A stretch of DNA of 64,000 nt, from NCBI GenBank assembly GCA_943354835.1, contig CALRDH010000002.1, forward strand, positions 42,270-106,269. The letters run 5' to 3'. The notes beneath the pieces are model-generated. The model ran no database searches. It was given only the letters and a program-made list of their open reading frames with translations, and was not told the DNA's origin. The stretch's first letter is position 1. Each line of letters opens with the position of its first letter. Shown here in pieces: positions 9,964 through 19,390 of this stretch. The DNA is from a candidate division WWE3 bacterium (lineage in GTDB: Bacteria > Patescibacteriota > WWE3 > 2-01-FULL-39-13). Both the position numbers and the translations under genes were made by a program.

Positions 9964-10272
9964 TTATTTTCCTTTCAATAAATTTTGTAATGTCATTCCA
10001 CCAAATATTTCCTTTTCAAATTGATCCAACCAAGCATCAATTAAAAATTGAAAATCACTCGTCATGCTCTGGATTTGGTCTTCAGAAAGATGCTCATTAA
10101 GTTCTCCTAAATTCCTGCGGTTTTTCTCAACTTGCGTAACTACTGATTGGATTGGAAAGAGCTTGTCTAGTTGAGAAATTGGTGAACTGATATAGTCTAT
10201 AGATGGATCTTCAACCAATAGTGAGTCAGGAATAGTTGAGGTTTGAAGTTGTGCTGATCTTAAGTATTCCAT
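9964..10272 (-). CDS. Small hypothetical protein co-oriented directly upstream of the recombinase
   Basis: 102 aa, 2 bp from recombinase start; TTGACA-18 bp-TATACT upstream on minus strand. Confidence 0.7.
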   Translation of the reverse strand: MEYLRSAQLQTSTIPDSLLVEDPSIDYISSPISQLDKLFPIQSVVTQVEKNRRNLGELNEHLSEDQIQSMTSDFQFLIDAWLDQFEKEIFGGMTLQNLLKGK

Positions 10273-10365
10273 ATTTATTAACTATATCGATAGAGATAGT
10301 ATATATCCATATCGAGATAGTTGTCAAGTGATTTTTAAGCATAAATCAAAAGGATAATTTGTGTA

Positions 10366-10491
10366 TTTCCCTTTCATTCTTTGACCTAGTTTGTTATACT
10401 CCAAGCAACTATTTTTGCTGGTATATATGGAGTTTTCTTTGTTTTGGCAAACATATTTAGCAAACCCTGACCCACTCATTCTCTTTGGCAT
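10366..10491 (+). repeat. Copy 1 of 126-bp direct repeat (promoter + first ~21 codons of VirD4-like gene)
   Basis: 121/126 identical to 11672-11797. Confidence 0.95.
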
Positions 10492-10611
10492 TTGTAAAAG
10501 AAAAATCGTCTCAGATTCTGCCATTTTAGCCCCCGAGCTGTTTCCTCTTTGGGCTCGGTTTCTTTCAAGTTGCCAAATTACAGGGTTTTCTATGCTAAAA
10601 TGCTTCGTTAT

Positions 10612-11022
10612 ATGGAAATTGAAGATCTACTAGAATCGGGAGATTATTATCGACAAGCGGAGGAGTTCATGCAGAACGTTAACTTATTGGGAACAGAGGA
10701 CGTTCCAGAAGGAATCACAGTGAATGCCTCTGACTTAACCAATGATTTGCTGAATTTTTTGCCTCGTGCTTCGGATGATTTTAAAAAGCAGGGATTACAT
10801 GAAGAAGCAGATGTAATGAGAGTAGCTGATGAGTCACTAAATAGAAAGAATCCAGGTCAACGAAATATTTCCGTTACTATTAGTGGTGGAGAAGAAATAG
10901 CTCGTTGGCAAGTATTTGCTCGAATAAATGACCTCGCAAAAGGATACAGAACTTTTGAAAGAAAGCTATCATATCTAACTTCTGAACAAAGCATATTTAG
11001 AAAATTTAATTTTAGAGATTGA
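10612..11022 (+). CDS. Hypothetical cargo protein
   Basis: Long open frame; TGcTAAAAT extended -10 just upstream of ATG 10612. Confidence 0.6.
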   Translation: MEIEDLLESGDYYRQAEEFMQNVNLLGTEDVPEGITVNASDLTNDLLNFLPRASDDFKKQGLHEEADVMRVADESLNRKNPGQRNISVTISGGEEIARWQVFARINDLAKGYRTFERKLSYLTSEQSIFRKFNFRD

Positions 11023-11124
11023 AGTGTTTCAACTAATTATTGGCTAACTTAACAAACACTATCAAAAATTTATTCACCCAAACACAGCTTTACTAAGTGT
11101 TGGTTATACACCTTACCTAACTCA

Positions 11125-11358
11125 TTATTTGTAAAAATCCAAGTAAGAAAGAAGTATTAAAAAGTCATCAAAAAACATAGGACCCTCACACATTCTTTTT
11201 CTTGCTTCCTCACACTTCAAATTAATAGAAATCGTTGAATAACTACTAAAGCAAGCACATCCATCGATGGGTGCATATTTAAAACTACCAGGTGTTAAAT
11301 TCATCCAACCAATCAAGAGTAGAAAAAGTGCAATAATTAAATATGATACATTTTTCAT
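11125..11358 (-). CDS. Small Cys-containing exported/membrane protein
   Basis: Signal-like N-terminus, 4 Cys, hydrophobic C-terminus; adjacent to upstream ORF. Confidence 0.55.
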   Translation of the reverse strand: MKNVSYLIIALFLLLIGWMNLTPGSFKYAPIDGCACFSSYSTISINLKCEEARKRMCEGPMFFDDFLILLSYLDFYK

Positions 11359-11361
11359 AAT

Positions 11362-11598
11362 TTAAAAAAGTAAAATACCTAAAAATAAAACATAATGACC
11401 CTCTTCGCAGTTTACAACCCATCTTCCAAATGGTGCCCACATTACTTGGTAGTCGCAACCCGTCCCACCTTCGTCTGTGCCAATAACACTGTACTGATCA
11501 GTGACTAAAGCATAGTTAGAATCTCTATCCATCCAGGGAGCCCATGCAAACACTATCAAAAACATTAGGGCAACAATTTTAATTACTTTATTTTTCAT
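11362..11598 (-). CDS. Small exported/membrane protein
   Basis: Signal-like N-terminus, WAPW/WAPFGRWV motifs, Cys pair; TATAAT 8 nt upstream. Confidence 0.6.
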   Translation of the reverse strand: MKNKVIKIVALMFLIVFAWAPWMDRDSNYALVTDQYSVIGTDEGGTGCDYQVMWAPFGRWVVNCEEGHYVLFLGILLF

Positions 11599-11671
11599 TA
11601 CTGCTAATTATAATGGTCCTGTTGTATAAATCAAAGTTTAAATGTTTGTCGCGTGTGTAATTAAGAAAGCT

Positions 11672-11797
11672 TTTCCCTTTCATTCTTTGACCTACTTTGT
11701 TATACTCCTAGCAACTATTTTTGCTGGTATATATGGAGTTTTCTTACTTTTGGCAAACATATTTAACAAACCCTGACCCACTCATTCTCTTTGGCAT
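11672..11797 (+). repeat. Copy 2 of 126-bp direct repeat (functional 5' end of VirD4-like gene)
   Basis: 121/126 identical to 10366-10491. Confidence 0.95.
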
Positions 11798-14351
11798 ATT
11801 GGGAAGTATTTTCGTGTCTCTTATCCTTGTATTTACAGCGTTAGCGACTGTTGCAATTCTTCTCAAGATCAAGCGTACTCGAAGACTGCTAGAAACACCG
11901 CACACCTACCTTGAGGTAAAACCAACTGATAGAACTCTTAAAACAACACTTACCAACACGAAGCTTTTTGAAATTTTGCACTCTCTGGAAAAACCCTACA
12001 CTTGGTGGGATAAGCTATTGGGTTTTACTAAGCCTGTAAGCTACGAGCTTGTTTCAAGCAAGTACGAGGGTATTCGCTTTATTCTTCGGATTGCTACAGA
12101 AGACGCTTCAAGTATTAAAAAAACACTACTCGCATATCTACCTGGCATAGAGATTAAAAAAACAGACGACTACCTACCTAGTACTACCGACAAACCATAC
12201 GCAATTGAAGAACTAACCCTGAGTAATTCTTTTATTTATCCACTTTCAGAACAGCCACAATTACAGCAGTATGACCCGCTTGCGTATCTGACAGGGTACC
12301 TTACTAAGCTCAACGACTCAGAGCTTATTGCCCTGCAATTTATTTGTACTCCTGTACACACAGCAACGCACAAAAAAATCCTCCAGAAGATTGCAGATCT
12401 ACAGAAAAAAATCCTAAGTAACGAAAGTGCAGATCACATTCTTTCGAAGCATACAGGCTCAGACATCATCAGCTTGCTTGGAAGACTTCTGGCTTTTATC
12501 ATCCTCACCCCTGTAACACTGCTTTCTTGGGTTCTTGGTAACACAAGGCAAGTATTTCCAACTTGGCTTTTTGAAGCACCAATCACCAAACCACTACAAT
12601 CTGGACAAGCAAAAAATGACCTATTGCAAACGATATCCACTAAAATTAATCAGCCACTTTTTGAAGTCACCATTCGTGTGTACATCCAATCGGACACAAA
12701 ACCACAAGAACGATTCAAGGGTATTCTTGCGTCATTTGAATCCTTTGCCACACCGCACCAAACAATATATAGAAAGAAGACAGTCTTTACCTATATTCAC
12801 ACTCCACTGTTGCAAAAATTGCAGTATTTTCTTTTGCAAAACCGCCTGTCACTTTTCTCAAGCCCACTATTTTTATCCGCACTGGAATTAGCAGGTTTGT
12901 ATCATCTACCTCATGTGCTCAACACCAAAACTGAAGACTTACTGCAAGTCAAAAGCCCAAAACTTCCAGCGCCACTGTCTCTTAAAAAAAACAGATCAGA
13001 ATTTGACATATCGTTTGCCACAAATTCGTATGGAGAAACAATCACCCCAATTGGCGTGACTCTCGAGGAGCGTAGGCGACACACCTATATCATTGGTGCA
13101 ACAGGTACAGGTAAAACCACACTTTTATTACAGATGATTTACCAAGATATATGCAAGGGCAATGGTCTAGCAGTTATTGATCCACATGGAGACTTAGCAG
13201 AGCGGTTGATTGGAGTTATTCCAGAAGAGCGCGTCAAAGATGTTGTCTACTTTAACCCCTACGATATTGAATTTCCCATTGGTCTTAATGTACTTGAGAT
13301 TCCAGAAGGGCTTTCAGAAGTCGAGCTACAGCGAGAAAAGGACTTTATTACCTCAACACTCATATCTATCTTTCATAAACTGTATGACGCACGATATTCT
13401 GGGCCAAGAATGGAACACATCTTGCGCAATGTAATTTTAACGGCACTCGAGCAAGATAAGCCAACACTTTTTACTATCTATGATCTCTTAACCAACATGA
13501 ACTATCGCAAGCAGGTAACAAGCAAACTTACCGATGAAGTTCTGAAATCGTTCTGGAAAAATGAGTTTGAAAAGCTTGGTAGTTTTCAAAAGGCAGAGCA
13601 AATCTCACCTATCACCAATAAACTTGGCAGGTTTTTAACAACCAGCATGACGCGCAATATCTTGAACCAGAGCGAGAGCAAACTTGATTTTGAAGACATT
13701 ATGAATAACAAAAAGATCTTGATTTGCAACCTCTCAAAAGGAAAAATAGGAGAAGACACAGCCTACTTCCTTGGCGGGCTTTTTACTGCCAAAATACAGC
13801 TGACAGCACTAAGAAGAGTACATATAAAAGAATCAGAACGCCCAGACTTTTTCTTGTATATCGATGAGTTTCAGAATTTTGCCACCATGTCGTTTGCTCA
13901 AATTCTATCTGAGGCACGAAAGTATCGATTAAGCGTTATTCTGGCACATCAAAACACGGTACAGATTGAGCCTGACTTACTGGAAACAATTATCGGAAAT
14001 ACTGGTACGCTGATATGCTTTAGAACCACAAGTCCAAAAGATGAGGTCAAACTACTTCCAGTGTTTGCGCCAGAAGTTGAGATAGGGCAGATCCCAAACC
14101 TACCCTCATACAACTTTTATATGAAGATCAATGCGCTCCAACCTCAGGCAACCTTTAGTGGAGAGATTGAAAACTTTGTGATTGCAGATACTGAGCAAAT
14201 AAGGGCAGAAGTAATGACTCACTCACAGCAAACCTATGGAAACGAACGATCAACAATTACTCTTTCAAAGGAAACACAGAAAGAGAAAAAGACCCAAAAG
14301 ACTGTAAAAGAAGCTCCGAGTACTGAGAACTTTTTCGAGCAGGTGAAATAG
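11733..14351 (+). CDS. VirD4/TraD-like coupling ATPase (type IV secretion DNA-binding domain)
   Basis: N-terminal TM; RRHTYIIGATGTGKT Walker A, IDPHGD, LYIDEFQNF Walker B, EARKY. Confidence 0.88.
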   Translation: MEFSYFWQTYLTNPDPLILFGILGSIFVSLILVFTALATVAILLKIKRTRRLLETPHTYLEVKPTDRTLKTTLTNTKLFEILHSLEKPYTWWDKLLGFTKPVSYELVSSKYEGIRFILRIATEDASSIKKTLLAYLPGIEIKKTDDYLPSTTDKPYAIEELTLSNSFIYPLSEQPQLQQYDPLAYLTGYLTKLNDSELIALQFICTPVHTATHKKILQKIADLQKKILSNESADHILSKHTGSDIISLLGRLLAFIILTPVTLLSWVLGNTRQVFPTWLFEAPITKPLQSGQAKNDLLQTISTKINQPLFEVTIRVYIQSDTKPQERFKGILASFESFATPHQTIYRKKTVFTYIHTPLLQKLQYFLLQNRLSLFSSPLFLSALELAGLYHLPHVLNTKTEDLLQVKSPKLPAPLSLKKNRSEFDISFATNSYGETITPIGVTLEERRRHTYIIGATGTGKTTLLLQMIYQDICKGNGLAVIDPHGDLAERLIGVIPEERVKDVVYFNPYDIEFPIGLNVLEIPEGLSEVELQREKDFITSTLISIFHKLYDARYSGPRMEHILRNVILTALEQDKPTLFTIYDLLTNMNYRKQVTSKLTDEVLKSFWKNEFEKLGSFQKAEQISPITNKLGRFLTTSMTRNILNQSESKLDFEDIMNNKKILICNLSKGKIGEDTAYFLGGLFTAKIQLTALRRVHIKESERPDFFLYIDEFQNFATMSFAQILSEARKYRLSVILAHQNTVQIEPDLLETIIGNTGTLICFRTTSPKDEVKLLPVFAPEVEIGQIPNLPSYNFYMKINALQPQATFSGEIENFVIADTEQIRAEVMTHSQQTYGNERSTITLSKETQKEKKTQKTVKEAPSTENFFEQVK

Positions 14352-14364
14352 ATTAAAATAAGTA

Positions 14365-14625
14365 ATGACTAAATTTATATTATCGATTCTTTTGGGCATA
14401 ATAGTCGCATTTCTATATGAGAATGTAGCAAGAATTTTCGGTACCAAAGTTTTACATAAAACCGAGCTAGTCATTTGGGGATTCAAACTACACCATAGTC
14501 TTTATGGACTAATATCCTTTGCAATTTACGGCATAAACAGGGATATATTTTTCCTTGGGTTTGGTATTGGAATAATACTGCAACATTCTCTTACTGATGG
14601 GTTCAGATTCATTCAAAAAATATAG
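14365..14625 (+). CDS. Small membrane protein
   Basis: Three hydrophobic segments, LHHSLYG motif. Confidence 0.6.
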   Translation: MTKFILSILLGIIVAFLYENVARIFGTKVLHKTELVIWGFKLHHSLYGLISFAIYGINRDIFFLGFGIGIILQHSLTDGFRFIQKI

Positions 14626-14683
14626 TTCCAAAAACACCCCAGCCGATTATGAATTTTTTTTTATTTTCTGTCATAATAAAAAC

Positions 14684-15640
14684 ATGTTTTTCTACAATGT
14701 AATAACAGAATTGGTAGCTTCACAGATTTTGTTTCTTGCGCTACTTGAAATAATCTCCTTATTAATAGCAATTTTTGTTTTCAAAATAAGGATATCTTCA
14801 AAAATTATTTTATACAGCGCAATTATTGCTTTTATTCTTTCATTGTTAAGTGTAGTTGTCGTGCGTGGCAACTACGGTGGTATGGCATACCATGAAAGAT
14901 TTGGTTGGCCATTTCAGTACCACAATGTATCGAGAGATATGGAGGGCAGTAAGGTAGCTATTCCATATCAAACAAATTTTGACTCCCTAAGATTTTTTAC
15001 AAATACCGTATTCTGGTGGTTTATTTCCCTTATCTCATTAGTTGTTAGCGTTAATAAGAAAAAAAATATGAAAGCCTCATATTTTTTAGCAATTGCACTG
15101 TTGGTATTTATTTCAATAACTTTACTATTTTCCTATAAAAATCATTTGGGTGAAAAAGAGCTGAATACTGGGGAGCCTTCGGTTAAAACAAACGGTGCTG
15201 CTGAGTATCAAAATAGTAGCAACGAAACAAATATCTGCATTTCTATTTTTTCTGGCATGCCTGATCCTTGCGTGGATCTAACGGAAGAACAAACCGTTGC
15301 CCTTGTTGAAAAAATTGAATCGTTACCAAAGGCAGACAACAGTGCATATATTCCAGATATTGGGCTGGGTTACAGAGGAATAACCGGAAACCTTGCTAAT
15401 AACTTGGATTTAAGTACTGATAAATCATTTATAGAGTTTCATGTCTTTGATGGACTAGTAGCATATAACCCCAATCAAAAGGCTATTATTAGCTCAATGA
15501 GCTATACAGATAAACATAATCCTAACTTGGTTTATAAAGTTGACGAAAATCGTGAATTGGAAAAATGGCTTATTAGTTTGATTGCTGTTGACGCAAAAAC
15601 ACAGAAGCTTGTAGAAGAACTACTTCAAGAATTAAAATGA
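14684..15640 (+). CDS. Membrane protein with C-terminal extracellular domain
   Basis: Four TM segments, GWPF motif; internal AAAAAATATG at 15068 suggests a fusion. Confidence 0.6.
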   Translation: MFFYNVITELVASQILFLALLEIISLLIAIFVFKIRISSKIILYSAIIAFILSLLSVVVVRGNYGGMAYHERFGWPFQYHNVSRDMEGSKVAIPYQTNFDSLRFFTNTVFWWFISLISLVVSVNKKKNMKASYFLAIALLVFISITLLFSYKNHLGEKELNTGEPSVKTNGAAEYQNSSNETNICISIFSGMPDPCVDLTEEQTVALVEKIESLPKADNSAYIPDIGLGYRGITGNLANNLDLSTDKSFIEFHVFDGLVAYNPNQKAIISSMSYTDKHNPNLVYKVDENRELEKWLISLIAVDAKTQKLVEELLQELK

Positions 15641-15647
15641 AAAATAT

Positions 15648-16442
15648 ATGAACAAAAAATATTTATTTATTGTAGTTGTAGTGCTATTTCTTCTAATTGC
15701 CTTTATTTCTTGGGGGATTCATGACCTTAACACTAAGGGAGAAGATTATAGTAACTATGTTAAGGAGAACTACTCAAATATCACAGGAAAAATCATTAGA
15801 ATTGGCGACGAGGATAAAAACATAGCCCTGAAAAAACTAAAGAAGATAGGAGCCACAGATATAAATTTAGCTGTAGCGAGCTACTCAGAAAATTCTGATC
15901 CTAAATATTACCTTCTATACGATCTAAGTGGAATTTATGACGAGGAACTTTTAGCACTTGACCCAGACAATATAGCTGGCAGATGTATCGATATGTTCGC
16001 ACTACCCGACACGAAAAAAGACTCAGTTCCAAATACATATGCCGATGGCATTCAAATATTGTTTATAGATACATACAAAATCCTTGAAAACACTGACTGT
16101 TATGCAAATAGTATTCAAACTAACCCTATTTATACTGAATACGAAAATCTTATAACTATTACAGCTAAAATTAAAAGTGCGACAAGGCCAGCCTATGATA
16201 TAGCTTATGATTACAAAATAGTTATGACTTACGATGAGGCTAAGAGTTATGGGTATGGTGACTCATCTGGTCGTGAAAAAGAGAGTTCCGACATAGTGGA
16301 AATACCCATTACAACTAAGAATCTTGATATTCTAGAAAAACTTGAGGAAACAAAACGTACAAATGCTATAATAAAATTAGAAGGTGTTTTGGAGTGGGGA
16401 TATGCTGAGTCAATGGTTTTTAATGTAATATCGATTGAATAA
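15648..16442 (+). CDS. Membrane-anchored hypothetical protein
   Basis: N-terminal TM then polar domain; operon spacing. Confidence 0.65.
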   Translation: MNKKYLFIVVVVLFLLIAFISWGIHDLNTKGEDYSNYVKENYSNITGKIIRIGDEDKNIALKKLKKIGATDINLAVASYSENSDPKYYLLYDLSGIYDEELLALDPDNIAGRCIDMFALPDTKKDSVPNTYADGIQILFIDTYKILENTDCYANSIQTNPIYTEYENLITITAKIKSATRPAYDIAYDYKIVMTYDEAKSYGYGDSSGREKESSDIVEIPITTKNLDILEKLEETKRTNAIIKLEGVLEWGYAESMVFNVISIE

Positions 16443-16453
16443 AAGAAAAATAT

Positions 16454-16813
16454 ATGAAAATAAAAAAAATTGTTATCTTCGGAGTAGCCATAGTGTTGTT
16501 AGGTGTCTTTTTACCACGCATCATTAGTGGCTCTGGAGTACGCGGATACCATGGTGAAGAAGAAGTATTTGCACGATTTGCTATGAAACAGACCGAACTA
16601 GCACTTGGCGGCTCCCTTGAGCCTTTACTAATACCAGGTATGTACGTAGCAAGTATTAAACAACTATCCCCTGAAAGTACGTCTTGTGCCTATGAACCAT
16701 TTCTTGTGGAACATAAATACGAGGCAACTGTACGATTAGTATCTTGGTTTGGTATTCCCTATGGAAAAATCGAAATTGACTGCGAAGGGGCAAGTTCAGT
16801 CGAACGCTTCTAG
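16454..16813 (+). CDS. Small exported protein
   Basis: Signal/TM N-terminus, Cys pair, WFGIPY motif. Confidence 0.65.
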   Translation: MKIKKIVIFGVAIVLLGVFLPRIISGSGVRGYHGEEEVFARFAMKQTELALGGSLEPLLIPGMYVASIKQLSPESTSCAYEPFLVEHKYEATVRLVSWFGIPYGKIEIDCEGASSVERF

Positions 16814-16848
16814 AAAATTTCACTCTGATTACATTGCATCACCTTACA

Positions 16849-16875
16849 TCCAAAATCACCCTAGCCGACTAGGGT
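16849..16875. promoter_or_regulatory. Inverted repeat ACCCTAG-CCGA-CTAGGGT upstream of Replic_Relax gene (oriT candidate)
   Basis: Perfect 7-bp stem; degenerate 20/23 copy at 14627-14649. Confidence 0.45.
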
Positions 16876-17013
16876 ATATCTTTTTTTCTTTTTGCCTTGC
16901 ATACGCTATAATTATGGTAAGTTTGTAGTCTCTTTATCTTATAAATAAGAAAGAAACTTATTTCCTCACATATATAATATATGGGAGGATAGAGGTGGGT
17001 AACTCAATAACCT

Positions 17014-17694
17014 ATGCTACTACCTACAATTACTAATAAACAAAAAGAAATACTTCACTATCTCTATAGATTCAGATTCCTCAACCGTATTCAAATTCAA
17101 TCACTCCTCAATCACAAAGACCCAAAAAATACCAATGTCTGGCTCAAAGATCTTACAACCAAAAACTACACTGGCAAAATCTTCGAAAGAACACCGGGAA
17201 TAAATAAACCAGCACTGTATTACCTTACAAATAACGGAATCAAGTTTTTTAGCTCTGCCGAGGGAGCGGATAAGAAACGATTAAGAAAACTGTATCAAGA
17301 GAAAAGAAGATCTCAAGGCTTCATTGATCAGTGCGTACTCATTGCAGATATATACCTCAAGCTGAAAGCTCAAAATCTACAAGACTTCAAACTGTACACA
17401 CAAGCAGACTTGCCAACAAACTCAGTCATCCGTGATCTTTTACCAAGCTTTGCCTATGTCTACTCAAAAGATGCCAAACTACAGCATCACACTTGCGAGA
17501 TCATTAAAGACGGCACGCCACGGTTTGCCATTCGCTCAAGAATTAACCAATACATTGAGTTTTTTAAAGATCAACCAACCATGCAGATTGTGTTTGTCTG
17601 CCAGTCGCAAAAAATTCTTGCCTTTGTTCAAAAATTCATAGAAAAAATTTCTGAAGAAAGCGAATTGCAAAATATTCATGTAACAAATATATAA
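17014..17694 (+). CDS. Replication-relaxation (Replic_Relax, PF13814-like) protein; candidate relaxase
   Basis: ITNKQKEILHYLYRFRFLNRIQIQ wHTH start, PALYYLTNNG; located after VirD4-like gene. Confidence 0.65.
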   Translation: MLLPTITNKQKEILHYLYRFRFLNRIQIQSLLNHKDPKNTNVWLKDLTTKNYTGKIFERTPGINKPALYYLTNNGIKFFSSAEGADKKRLRKLYQEKRRSQGFIDQCVLIADIYLKLKAQNLQDFKLYTQADLPTNSVIRDLLPSFAYVYSKDAKLQHHTCEIIKDGTPRFAIRSRINQYIEFFKDQPTMQIVFVCQSQKILAFVQKFIEKISEESELQNIHVTNI

Positions 17695-17702
17695 TTAGAA
17701 AA

Positions 17703-18056
17703 ATGAAACCTAACACAAAAGAAAAAATTCATATCCTGTGGAAACAAGTTTTAATACTTCTTGGTATTTTTCTTGTTTTACATTTTTTAAAAGACATTAC
17801 TCAAGATGTATTAAAAATACAAACACCACTCGATTACATGGGCGATATTAAAGAAGATGCATCCTCACTCCCCAGTTGGCTACAAGCAATTTACTTTGCA
17901 TTATGGATACTAGCAACCATAGTGCAACCTCTCATGGTGTACTTCATTTTTAAAACATGGAAGCACAATACCTTTAACAGAAACGACAAGATCATTGTTT
18001 ACCTATTGTGCTATTTCCTAGCAATGATGATTTGGGCATTTACTCTGACTCTTTGA
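17703..18056 (+). CDS. Three-TM membrane protein
   Basis: Hydrophobic segments; HFLKDITQD motif. Confidence 0.6.
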   Translation: MKPNTKEKIHILWKQVLILLGIFLVLHFLKDITQDVLKIQTPLDYMGDIKEDASSLPSWLQAIYFALWILATIVQPLMVYFIFKTWKHNTFNRNDKIIVYLLCYFLAMMIWAFTLTL

Positions 18057-18198
18057 GTATCTCGTGCCCTCGCTCCATGATCTTGTTGACCAACACGGTC
18101 ACAACTCCTTGCAAGTCACTAGTTGTAAACTCGTCACTCGTTTCTATCAGTTCCAAAATCTCACTTTCAAATGGTTCAGTTAGTAATGGGTTTATCAT
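18040..18198 (-). CDS. Small 52-aa protein missed by the ORF track (MINPLLTEPF...TTSDLQGVV...ILKESE)
   Basis: Open frame, AAAGGA SD-like sequence, co-oriented after radC and DUF2958. Confidence 0.55.
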   Translation of the reverse strand: MINPLLTEPFESEILELIETSDEFTTSDLQGVVTVLVNKIMERGHEILKESE

Positions 18199-18279
18199 AT
18201 TTTTTATATCCTTTAACTACTAATAATAATCTGTAACTAAATCCGCAGGTAGCTTTCACTACCCACGGATTAGTATAAT

Positions 18280-18597
18280 TTACTCAAGTATCGCACTTGG
18301 CATTACCTCACTCATTCGTTTCTCGGTAAAATACCTATCTCTTTCTATACCTAAGCCAAATCTACCAACGTAGCTTTCTAGCTCATCAAGAGAAAAGTAT
18401 CCCCATTCATCATTGTAATCACCAAATATCGATACAAATCCAAAGAATTCTTTTGAATTGGTATCGTATTCAGTTGCAAGCCAAGTACCTGCTCCTGTTG
18501 GATTAAAGAACTTTGCAATAACAATCGGATCTTTATCATCCTCTTGTCTACCAACCTTCTCAAATCTCAATAACAACTCCTTTGTTAACAATTTCAT
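18280..18597 (-). CDS. DUF2958 family protein
   Basis: AKFFNPTGAGTWLATE, EWGYFSLDEL, IERDRYF; SD AAGGAGGTG before ATG 18597. Confidence 0.85.
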   Translation of the reverse strand: MKLLTKELLLRFEKVGRQEDDKDPIVIAKFFNPTGAGTWLATEYDTNSKEFFGFVSIFGDYNDEWGYFSLDELESYVGRFGLGIERDRYFTEKRMSEVMPSAILE

Positions 18598-18640
18598 AAC
18601 TTTCACCTCCTTTAAGGGAATAAATTAATAACTACTACCT

Positions 18641-19057
18641 CTAAATCAGCTCATGCTCTTTAAAGCTATAGAACTCTTTATCAGTAAAAATGATGTGATC
18701 TATTACATCTGTTGAGAGTATCTTTCCAGCTTCACACAAGCGCTTAGTTATGCTTATGTCCTCATAAGACGGACTTGTTTCACCTGATGGATGATTATGG
18801 GCAAGTATTATTGCTGGAGTTCTCTTATGTATAACTCTTGTAAATACCTCTCTTGGATGCGCTAATGACTGTGTCAGAGTACCAACGCTAACCAAATCCA
18901 TAATTTTAATTTTGTTTCTAATATCCAGATGAAAAACAAAGAAGTGTTCTTTATCTTGATCAAAATCATCAAGTGTCAGAAAGTAAGCTTTTAACAGCTC
19001 AAATACACACTTAGGACTCGCTACAGATACTTTGGCATCTTGCAGTTTGATAATCAT
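18641..19057 (-). CDS. radC: RadC/JAB-domain protein
   Basis: HPREVF and ILAHNHPSG...SYEDI...VIDHII JAB motif. Confidence 0.93.
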   Translation of the reverse strand: MIIKLQDAKVSVASPKCVFELLKAYFLTLDDFDQDKEHFFVFHLDIRNKIKIMDLVSVGTLTQSLAHPREVFTRVIHKRTPAIILAHNHPSGETSPSYEDISITKRLCEAGKILSTDVIDHIIFTDKEFYSFKEHELI

Positions 19058-19111
19058 CTCGATCTCACCCCCTTTCTTTAATAAATTAATAACTTGCAGA
19101 TAAGATTTTTA

Positions 19112-19281
19112 TTCCTATCATGCAAAAAAAGGGGCATGGGGTGAAAATCAAACGAAGTGGTATGTCAAAAGTTTTTGCGGAGCAAAGCAGAGTCAAAAAG
19201 GATTTTTAGTGAGGAACGAGCTAAAAACCCACCTTTTGACAGATGATTTTAACCCCATAAAATGAAGAAGCATGATAGGAA
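19112..19281. other. 170-nt nested inverted-repeat structure (ssi/Frpo-like)
   Basis: Three nested stems plus two internal hairpins upstream of radC. Confidence 0.75.
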
Positions 19282-19390
19282 GAAAAGGGGGAATCATCCT
19301 TATTAATATAAGAGTGAGGGTTTACTTCTAACTTATATTTTTAAATCACCATCGTTTAGTCACTTTGCTATAAAGGTGTAGAATTGATTT

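Noticed and set aside
10391-10633. 80-aa ORF resembling the VirD4 N-terminus
   Set aside because: Product of the 126-bp duplication running into unrelated DNA; treated as a scar
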